The notes under the pieces were generated by a model. That model searched no databases. It saw only the letters and a list, made by a program, of their open reading frames with translations, and had not been told where the DNA came from. From Selaginella moellendorffii (lineage: Eukaryota; Plantae; Lycopodiophyta): 64,000 nucleotides of DNA. Positions 1 to 9,830 of the stretch are shown in pieces. A program made the translations under genes and the position numbers. The stretch is from assembly GCF_000143415.4 (NCBI RefSeq), contig NW_003314267.1, forward strand, positions 1,748,100 to 1,812,099. The letters run 5' to 3'. Position 1 is the first letter of the stretch. Each line of letters begins with the position of its first letter.

Positions 1-745
1 TGGTGGTGGTGGTGGTGGTCACTGGTGGTGGCCACAAAACTAAGTAGTTTCACTAGTGTACGATGGGACTCGACTCGACTCGACACTCTCAATCTCCTTC
101 TCCAGAGGCTGGCAGAGAAGCTCAGACAATATCACCGTCTTCTACCCAAGATCGGACTCTGATCGTCCGGGAGATCAAACTTTAAGCGGCGGTGGCACGG
201 ATCTATCTACCAGAGGTACGTTTTCTTAATGAAGCTTCGAGCACCGCTTTTGTCAACAGCCGTGATCTGATGTGGAACGTACTCCAGGCTCACAAGTGGC
301 GCCGCGCGAAAAGGGACACACCTCACAGCCTTTTGATTCATGGCCGAGTGCATGCGTTTTGGTCTAAAGTTTGTGGCCTGGTAAAACGTATTCATTGAGA
401 GAAATCTGCGAAGATTCACGGGGCAGTATTTTTAATCGTTTCTTTTGTTTATGCTGATCTTTGGGTTCCTCGTAGGGTAAGCTCTTGCTTGTGCTCCAGT
501 TCTAAACATTCTATTTGGTGAAGAACATGAAGAACATCGCCTTGAGTGAAGCAGTGGTGTTGTTGTTGCTCAATTCAATCAATGGAGGTTTTTTTTGTTT
601 GGAAGTGGTGGGCGTCTTTGTCCCCAAACTCCAACCTTCTTGTTCTCTTTCTTTATTTCTTCTTTTCCCTTTTCTTCACAAAATGTGTATTATTTTCGTT
701 TAATAAAGAATTATTGGCAAATTATTGATGAGTTTTAAAAGAGAA

Positions 746-818
746 CGTCAGCAGCAGGAGTCGAGCCTGCGCGGGCAAAGCTTCGAGTCTGTCTCCTTAA
801 CCCCTCGGACACACTGAC
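746..818 (-). pseudogene. tRNA-Ser(CGA) pseudogene
   Basis: Reverse complement reads GTCAGTG TG TCCGAGGGGTTAAGGA G ACAGA CTCGAA|GCTTTGCCCGC GCAGG CTCGACT CCTGC TGCTGAC G. Acceptor, D and T stems pair as in plant tRNA-Ser, but ~9 nt (3' strand of the anticodon stem plus start of the variable arm) are missing and the T-loop is CTCGACT. A TTTT run follows. Confidence 0.85.
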
Positions 819-1609
819 ATTAACATGTAAACTGTGATTAGTCGATGAGACACGAGATATTTTTGACTTCGGCTTCACGCGGCAAAAATAATCATCAATG
901 CTTGTTTAAAAGATCACCCTGATTACATGTCATCCGTGTGCGTGCTTTGGCCTAGAAATTTAAGCGTCAATTGTACGCAAACTCACACAAGATACAAGCT
1001 CCACGCAAAGGCACGCGTGCATGTAGCATTTCTTTAATATCCTAAGCATAGCTTAAGTTAAACTTGGAAGATTCCCCAAGATCATGTCCGGCCTTATAAT
1101 ATTCTTCAAAGGGCAAAACCAACGTCGTCCCGATTCGTTCGCCTTGGACGTCCAAATCCTGGAATCCGAAACGTTTAGAGTAAACTACGTAGGAGAAATC
1201 CCCGCATCGCATTAATAAAACCAAAGGATTAACAAGGAAGGCTGTCGGGGAATACTGGGCTTTGCCCTAAACTACATTTTACAAAAGGTGGCGGACATGT
1301 TGTTAGTGAAAGATGCGCTTTATTTGTAGCTAAAAGGTATACAAACTATAGCCCTAACCTAATGCTTCGATCGGACGGCCTGTGACGGCCTGTCAACCTG
1401 TCAGCTGTCTTGTCACGGTTAAAACAACAACGTAATCGCATTAAATCCAAAGCCCAGTAAAAACGTTTTTCCCGTGAGACGAATTCACGGAATCACCTAC
1501 CTGAAGTTTGGAAAGCAGGGAACACTTCAATGTTCACTAAAAACTATACTTGCTTCTGCTTTGCCTCTAACGTAACGCCCTCTTAACCAAAGCTGGAGTT
1601 AGCAGACCA

Positions 1610-1915
1610 CACGTGGAGCAATCCCAACTGTCGATACCCGACATCGGACGGACGCCGCGGAACCCGTGTCTTATCGTCTGACAGTCAAAAGTACGTCCAC
1701 GTGTACGCGTATAGCTCAGTTCCGGACACGTGGCAGAATCTCAGGCGTTGGATGGGGGCGCCCATCGACGGCTGGCAGCGGTCCGGCCCCCGGCGCCGTC
1801 AGATGGAACCCAATCAACGGTCCCCGCGTTTGAAAATGCTTTTCCAGACAGCGATGGTATGCGTTCTCTCTTTTGTTTGTATGATAGAAGAGAGGAGAGA
1901 GAGAGAGAGAGAGGG
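1610..1915. promoter_or_regulatory. Cluster of three G-box/ABRE-type CACGTG sites plus a (GA)n tract upstream of the ZF-HD gene
   Basis: CACGTG at 1610, 1698 and 1727 (the last in GACACGTGGC); GA repeat at ~1886-1915. Confidence 0.4.
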
Positions 1916-3451
1916 ACAAGAACAAGAACAAGAGAGAGTTTTAGTGAACTCCCGCAACCGGTGCTCCGAGGCTTCGGGGGAGCAATTCCATTCCCCCCAA
2001 AATCACTTTTTTTTTCCCCAGCCTTTGCAAAATTTTCCTTTTTTTTTTGTCCCCGCTGCTTTGCTTTGCTTTGTTTGCTCAAATCCTCGAGAAGTTCCGC
2101 AAAGAAACCCATTACCGTGGGGGCCATTTCCCATTTCTACGCCCTTCTCCTCCTCTTCCTCCGCCTCACTCTACTGCGATCTTCTCTCTGGTGATTCTCC
2201 GCTGCTTTCGAGTGATCATCCGGCTATTACCGTAATTCACACCGTCCAAGCCGGGGCTAGATCAGAGGTCGAGATTAGCATCCAAGCTCCTGGTTTTTTT
2301 TCTTTCATCACTGCATCATCATCTCGACATCAGCAAGACCAGCACCAAAGTTTCCAGCTTACTACTATTAAGCAGCAGCAGCAGTTTCTTCATCTCCTCC
2401 TTCTTCGTCTTCTTCGTCCCTGGAAAGTTAAGACTGATCTTGAGATATCCTGGAAAGATAAGAGAGTTACCTGGTAGCTAGGGGTCACTGTTTTGAGCTG
2501 CTTGATCTTGTTGCGTTTTTCCTGGCTGTGCTCTGAGCTCTGATTGATTCCTTTTCCTCCTCTTTCTTTCTTTTCCTTCTTTTTTCCTTCCTTGCTGGGC
2601 ACACTGCTGCTAATGATGCAGTAGCAGCAGCAGCCGGAGCAGCATCAGATCAGTGCTTTGCTGATTCACTTGCTTAGTCTTGGCTTGAGCACTAAGTCAG
2701 TCCGGTTGAGCAGCACCTTGAGTTGAGTGATTGCAAGAGCTTGATGATTATCTTCTTCGTAATAATGCGTTTCTTTGCTTTGCTCTGACCTGGATTCCAA
2801 TCCAAGCTCTCGTCTCGCATAACTCTTGCTCCTTCCTCCTGTGGCCTGTGTGATTTCTTGAGCTCTAAGCCATTCGATCTCCCTTCTCTTTGTGCAGTGT
2901 TCGAGTTAAGTTGAGCCCAGCAGTACGACTCCCAGTGATGTGCCAGCGGATTAGCGTTTAAAGTCCAAGAATTTCTCATCCCTTCGTTTTGAGTGACCCC
3001 GGAGAGATAAGACTCCTTTTCTTGCTTCCTTAGAGCGTTGTTTTGTGTCACACGCACTGTTCCACAAAACCGCGGCATGGGATGGATACCTGGAGCAAAG
3101 TGAAGTCTAAGTTTCCAAGGAGACCAGGATTGGAATTCCATTACCAGTAGATAAGAGCCGGGTAACACCAACAACATTCTTTTCTCAGCGCTTGTGCCAA
3201 ATCCTCTCTCTTCAATCTGCAGTTTATCCACTTTGGTACTACTACTGCAAGCACGCAAGCAAGCGAGGTCCATTAGCACAAGCCAGCGACTTACACAAGT
3301 GGTGGTTTAGCCGAAGGATTTTCCACTCGAGTTGCTGTAAATCCCCCCCGGGTCAAGCTCGCTCCACACTCTCGGGGGCTTTGTCTCAGCAACAGCAGCA
3401 ACTGCAACCAAGTAAGCAGTGCTTGAGTCCCTGTTTTGCTCGCAAAGTAGG

Positions 3452-4326
3452 ATGGATTTAGAGGCAGAGATCCCGGTGTCAATGCCTCAGCCGAGCTACC
3501 TTCATGACTCGTCCAACAAGTTGAAGCTCATGGCCAGTGGTGCCAACGGAGTCACGCCCGTCACAGCCGTGGAAGAAGCCGCGGCAGCAGTGGTTGCAGC
3601 GTCGCGAGCTACTTTCGCTGAGCCCATCCTAGCACAACCTCTTGCAGCCGGAACTCCAAACACCGCCACCACCACTAATGGCTCCAAAGTTGAGCCGAGC
3701 AAGAAGCCGGTGCGGTACAGGGAGTGCCTCAAGAACCACGCCGCTGGCATCGGTGGTCATGCTCTCGACGGCTGCGGAGAATTCATGCCCAGCGGAGAAG
3801 AAGGCACCATCGAGTCGCTCAAGTGCTCGGCCTGCGACTGCCACCGGAATTTTCACAGACGAGAAGTCGAAGGTGAGCCTCCGTCTTGTGTATCTGCCTG
3901 TTTAAAGCTCCTCCTCATTCGTCCCCAGGTGCCAAGGACGTGATGTCCAAGAAGAAGCCATCGTCAGTCCTCCCGCTGCAGCAACACGGCTCTCCACTGG
4001 GTTCCATGGCCCGCTCCCCGGGAGCTCTCGTCGCGCTGAGTAATTCCGACCAGTCGGATGATCACGATCTTGGAGCTCAGCACCAGACCACGTACAGCTT
4101 GGCTCACCACCTGATTCCGTCTGCCATCAAAAAGAGGTTCAGGACCAAGTTTACAAACGAGCAAAAGGAAAAGATGTTCCACTTTGCTCACCGGCTGGGT
4201 TGGAAAATCCAGAAGCACGACGAGGGCGAAGTGCAGCAGTTCTGTGCTGATGTCGGGGTCAAGCGGCACGTCCTCAAGGTGTGGATGCACAATAACAAGA
4301 ACACCTTCGGGAAGAAGATGAGCTGA
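3452..4326 (+). CDS. Zinc-finger homeodomain (ZF-HD) transcription factor, 2 exons (3452-3872, 3929-4326)
   Basis: ZF-HD dimerisation motif [10 protein letters not shown]...DGCGEF...[14 protein letters not shown] and homeodomain KKRFRTKFT...LKVWMHNNK; a 56-nt GT-AG intron joins the two ORFs in frame. Confidence 0.95.
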
Positions 4327-4329
4327 ACA

Positions 4330-4366
4330 AGCAGCAGCCGCAGCAGCAGCAGCAGCAACAGCAACA
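4330..4366 (+). repeat. (GCA)n/(CAG)n microsatellite in ZF-HD 3' UTR
   Basis: agcagcagccgcagcagcagcagcagcaacagcaac. Confidence 0.7.
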
Positions 4367-5821
4367 CTTGGTGTTCGTTCGTTTCGGTTTTTACGTCTCT
4401 CGTTCACGGTTGGTTTCTGGAGCAGATTGGAAACAGGTTCTCTTTGCTCCTCCGAAAGTTTGTCAGGCTCTAAGAGAAGAGTTTCTTCATCCTGTGCACA
4501 AACCAGAGAAGAAGATCGTGAGGCTCAATCAAACAAAGGCTGACAACTAAACCTCTATGTAAGTAAAAGCTTATAGTTCTTGAGTTCCCGCTTCTTTCTT
4601 TCCGTGATCTACATTCTTTAACTTCTCCTTTCATCTAGCGACTTGCATATTCCTTGCCTCTCTACACACATATCATACGACTGCTGTAAACTACCAGTTC
4701 CCCCCACTACTATTCATTTATTTACCATCGCTAGAATTCCAGCAGTGCTGGGTTTCTATCTCAATAAAGTCATTCTTTTTCTCTCTTTCTCTCTCGTGCA
4801 TTTTTCCTCTCGCGCAGATAGGCTTTTAAGTTTTCATACGAACACGGAAGCATATATAAAAAAAGAGAGCTAAGAGCTAAAGAACATGGATGCAGCAGTG
4901 TTACCTCTTGAATTGGCTGGTATAAAGTCGAAATAGCAGTTCATGCAGAACAGCAAGCACTGGAAAGAAATTATCTCCCGTGTCATAGTACCTCCTGCAA
5001 TACTACAGAGAAATCCCATCACCGCTACTAACAGCGAAAAACAAAACTGTAATATCGTTGATTAATGCTGCTGCCACTACAATGCAGTTTGGTCCACACC
5101 GGGGATTACAAGGAAGGACGTGCTCCGAATTATCTATTCCATCCAGGCATGCACGAAACTTAGTCTATTGCCTATTATACTACTACATGCTTTGCACCTG
5201 AAACAAGGGAATAGTGTAGTGTACCTTATAACGCATTAGAATGGTGTCCATTTATTGCATCCACTGCTTAACACCCCTGTGCCTGCAATACGTACCCCCC
5301 AAAGAAGTGAGGACCAAGCTGAGAAACTTAAGCGAGAAACCGAAAGCAAGGAGAGAAAACAAACATCAAAAATAAAAACTTTGTACAAACTCTACGTACC
5401 ATTTGTCAATTCTTCTAGTGTTTGCTTCTTAAAGCTGGCCTGCCACAAATCAAACGCCGATTCGTCGTGAGATCATACCAATATAATTGAGCAGCGGGGT
5501 GATGTCATATATGTAACTATCGGGCCAAAATAACTTGGCGCCGTGATTTGCTCGGATTTCACGGTTGACTCAAGCAAGCCTCTCCAAAACGGGGAAGAAG
5601 AAGCATAAACCTGTATTCAGGAGCATACTACATTACATTTGAGTACCAACAGTAGAAGAGGCCCGGTCCGGGAGAGACGACCGGCATACCACTGATGGAA
5701 AAAAAAAAGAAGCCTTCGAGAAGAACTGGCGACAAGAAAATAAAACAAAGCTTTAGAAAACTGGGAGAAAGACAATCCTACTATACGAGGCTGCCAATCA
5801 TTACCGGGGAAAGAGACGACG

Positions 5822-6720
5822 TCAATGATGGAAGAAAGTATTCTCGGGCGGCTGCTGCAGCTTCTTGTTGTGAGAAGCTCCCATCTCACGCTTGAGCTGC
5901 TTCAGTATGTCCTCCATGGTGTTATCGCGTCGCCAGTTCGAGAGCAAAGAAAAATTCTTGGGTTCCACCTGAAAAAGCACAGCGAAAAGTTGATGAACAA
6001 ATTGAAAAAGCTTGTCTACAAGTAAGATCACTAATGGAAACACCAGCAAGTATCAAGAAAACAAAACAAAAAGTGCTTATTGCACAGGTAAGATTACTAG
6101 TGGAAACACCAGAAGCTAGACCATGTATCAGGAAAACCAAAAAAAGAACAGCGAGTGCTTACTGCACAAGTAAGATCACTAGTGAAAACACCGGAGGCTG
6201 CAAAAAAAAAAAGCGAGTGCTTACTGCACAAGTAAGATCACTAGTGGAAACACCAGAAACTAGACCACAAAGCCAAGAAACAAAATGCGAGTGCTTACAG
6301 CTCCAGTCTCGCGATTAACGCAAGTCATGTTGATTCGCGAATGGAATCGCACACTTGGTGGCTTATCCGGATAGTCTTTGTCGCAGTACAACTTAAGTTG
6401 ATAAATGCGTCCTTCGTGAACAGACTGCACAGAATAAATGAGAAAAAAAAGCGAAAGAGTCAGGGCATTATAAGAGCAAAGAAAGAAAAAAAAGAAAGAG
6501 GACATTGCTAGGCCCCAGAATTGTGCCAGTCCACGAACACATGTACACATCGTCACTGTCATCCATGCCCAAGCTCACAGACGCATCGCCAAGGCCCTTC
6601 TCCCCTCTCTCCAGCTCCTCGAGCAGCCGGAAATTCCTGGGAACTAGGGAAAGAGAAGAAATCATCCACGTACCCTTGGCGCCGCGAGCAATTTGAGACG
6701 ATCAACTCACCTAGAGCCAT
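5822..6720 (-). CDS. UEV1: Ubiquitin-conjugating enzyme E2 variant (UEV1/MMS2), 4 exons (6720-6711, 6643-6504, 6424-6299, 5968-5822)
   Basis: [20 protein letters not shown]...[50 protein letters not shown]; splice sites canonical and in phase. Confidence 0.95.
6015..6298 (-). repeat. Four degenerate 60-80 nt tandem units in UEV1 intron 3
   Basis: Repeated GTAAGCACTCGC...GGTGTTTCCACTAGTGATCTTACTTGTGCA on the minus strand. Confidence 0.85.
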
Positions 6721-6878
6721 CCCAGCGCCTGCGCGATCCAGCAGCGAGCTGGAGGGAGCGAAAGGATCGACCGCCCCAACGGAAGAACCCTAAAAGTATA
6801 ATTGAGAGATTTATTTTCACGGGCCCTTTATAGTACTGTCCCATCACTTTTTTTTTCTGTGACGAATGCGATTCTTTC

Positions 6879-8166
6879 TCATTGTTTCTTCTTCTTCTTC
6901 TTCTTCTTGGATTTCTTCTCGTTCTTGAGACGCTCTTGCTCGAGGAGCTCGGCTTCGATGCGAGCTTTCTCCTGTAAGAAGAAGATCAAAGAAGAAGATC
7001 AAACAATTGGAGACGAGAGAACCTCTCGTTCGCGTTCCAGAGCTTCCGCACGGAGCTTTGCAGCTTCTTCCTCCTCAGTTCTTCTCTAAAATCCAAATTC
7101 ACAGACACGAACTTACAAGTGTTGCATGTGAGCGTAAACCTCTTCTGCAAGGATCTCCTCTCTTCTTCTCCAGTCGTAAGCATCTTGATCTCTCTTCTTT
7201 GCTTCAGCCTCCTGAAAAACGAAAGCAGTGAGAAAAAATGGAACGTAGACATGAAAGACTTTACCAGTTGCTTCAAGCGTTGCTGCTCTTTGTGTGCTTT
7301 CTCTTGCGCTAATCTGTTTCGCTCCGCGGCTTTCACTTGCTCACGTCCAGCCTCTCCCTTGTCTGTAACAAGTTTGATCTGGAGAAAAACGAAAAATAAA
7401 AGATAGAACTTGGAAAACGATCCAGGTTACCATTTGCCGGATAGTGTTGTTCGTTGTCAGTTGTACAGGAGTGTTGCCGTAGTCATTTCTATGAGTCACA
7501 GAGGCACCCTCCTGGCCTTGAACACACAGTAACAAGTTGAAAGAGAGAAACCAAAAAAGAAAAACAAAAGGATCCATCACAGCAATCGCAAGAGAAACTT
7601 AAAGACTTCTCGTACCAAAATCAAGATCTTGGCGATTTGTACATGGTTCCGGCTGCAAGCAAGATGCAAAGGAGTGTTCCCACACTCGCCTACAGCGTTT
7701 ATTTCCGCCATCTTGATGATTATCATCTTGACGAGTTCTTCGTCTCCTCTCAATGCCTGAAAGATCGCGAAAGAGTGATCTAGAGTTCATTAGCACACTT
7801 ACCGCCCAGTGAAGAGCAGTATCGCCAACGGCATTTTGCATCTTAACATCGGAGTTCCTGATGATAAGATACTTCGCCATTTCCACGTTTCGATTTTTGA
7901 TGGCAATGAGCCTAGCATGCCAATCTTCAATAAAAAAAAATCGCGAAACGAAAGATCCAAGAGATCCAAAATCTCTCGCGAAATTCTTACAGAGGTGTGT
8001 TCTGAGTGATGGGATTGGGGATATTGACATCCATCCTGCCCTCCACAGACTCGCGAACTTCATCGAAATTCTCCTCTTCCGCGGGTTCCCAGACCTCTCT
8101 CGGCTGCGGCTTCTCGGCGAATGGATCTACTTCCTGCACAAACGAAACAATCCCCTTCCTTACCAT
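6879..8166 (-). CDS. Ankyrin-repeat protein (~4 repeats) with C-terminal coiled coil and poly-Lys tail, multi-exon
   Basis: QNTPL|LIAIKNRNVEMAKYLI, GDTALHWA|ALRGDEELVKMI, GNTPLHLACSRNHVQIAKIL, GNTPVQL; ends ...EKKSKKKKKKKQ*. Confidence 0.85.
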
Positions 8167-8314
8167 CCGCGAGATGGATCGGAGAAAGCTCTCACCGCCT
8201 CCGCCATCGCGAGAGAGAGAACTAGGGCTTAACCTAGGCCTAGGCGCGAAAGGGATATGCTCCATTTCAAAATTGATGCCTTTGAATATCCGCGACGAGA
8301 GACCAATTTACACT

Positions 8315-9809
8315 CTAGAAGAAGCCTTCCGTGAGAGCATACGTCCGAGACTTGAGAGTTTCTGGGAGTTTCTCAATAGCTTCGATGATCTCCTGGAAGA
8401 AAAAATTTATGACGAGAAAGGATCTCTGTGAAGTGAAGTACCTGTTTGCTGTACCGCGCGGAGAAGTGGATGAGGAGAATCGCTTTGTTTTGGAACTTGT
8501 CAGACAATGCGACGATCTGGAACAGGACATTCGAAAGTTCTTGCTAGAATTTTTCATGAACTTGCCTCTGAAAGATGAGAGTGGCCATATTCACGAGCGT
8601 GTTCTACGGTTCCGCTGTCATTGATGAATGTAGCCTGGGAAGGAAAAAAGAGATTTGAGTCTAGAAACTTTGAGATCTAGAGACCAAGTTTAACCTCCAT
8701 GATCAGCAGCTTTGCACGTAAAACGTCGGCATTGTTCTCGTCCCCTATGAAATCCACTGTGGTGTCTCCCGTGAAAGCCACCTCTGGACTCCGAGTGACG
8801 TTCGTTACCTGTGCAAACAGCACAACTTTCGTGACAACAATACACAATTCTGAGCTTACTTCCACGCCGGAGAATCGTAAAGACTTGATTTTGTCACCGG
8901 GAAGGCCCACGTATTCGGGTTTTAGTTTGTTCTTCACAGCATAGATTATGTAGCCCTGCAAATGTGGAGTGCAGAAATAAAAAGGATTAGAAAGTGTTCC
9001 GAGCTCATGCAATCTACCTGACTGGGAATTACGTGGTACGTCTTGAAAGGCTTGACGATATATCCTTTTCCAAGATCATACTCTTCACCAATCTAGCAAA
9101 AGAACGTAAGCAAATAGCTTGAAAGTACTTTGGAAAGAACTAAAGGAGCTAACTCAGACTAAGCTAGATTTTTGGAAGAACCACGAGAAAAATTTTCACC
9201 AACACTTTGGCAAGAGCTGAAAGAGCTAACTCAGACTAAGCTATAGTTGTGGAAGAACCACGAGAAAAACTTACATCAAGTCCGACCAGCTTCATCGAGA
9301 GTTCTGCTTGATCGAGCTCCCTGTAAACGTCGAAGAGCTTTTCCACGGTGGCTTTGATCGATGAAGGAACGAAAATCGTGGGAGGCTTCATGGAGTAGAG
9401 GCCGCGAGTAGCAACGTACATGGCAATCCCTCCCTGGAAAATTCACAAAAAATGAGCCATGATCCTTCAAAAATCCATAGAAAACGCTTACAATGTGATC
9501 CATGTGAGAGTGAGAAATGAAGAGAAAATCCTGAGAGATCGCCCGTTGAGGACAGCGTCCAATATCAAACGCGATTTTCATGGATGGAACGATCACACAG
9601 GTCTCATGGCCGCCGATCGAAATACCTTCTACGGCGAAGCCGCCCGCGTTCACGCTCGCCAGATCGCGCCGCCCTCCGCGCACGCTTGATTTGAGCTTCG
9701 CGTCTTCCAGCGCCACTTCCTCCATTGCGAATCCCGCCGTCGCCCTTCCTAATCGATGCCTCAACCCTACAATTCTCAAAGAAAATGGGCTTCCCGCCAT
9801 AGCCAACAT
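8315..9809 (-). CDS. Short-form (TM-type) tRNase Z; start ATG could be 9809, 9800 or ~9725
   Basis: EGISIGGHETC, FDIGRCPQRAISQDFLFISHSHMDHI|GG, VAFTGDTT, SGHIH motifs of plant TRZ1/TRZ2; multiple GT-AG introns. Confidence 0.92.
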
Positions 9810-9830
9810 ATTGTGTTGTTCTTGCGGATT

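Noticed and set aside
1-420. (TGG)n tract and short ORFs at the window start
   Set aside because: Probably the edge of a gene outside the window; no identifiable product
1701-3279. 258-aa (+) and 195-aa (-) ORFs upstream of ZF-HD
   Set aside because: Translations of GA/CT/CAG low-complexity sequence with non-ATG starts and no motifs
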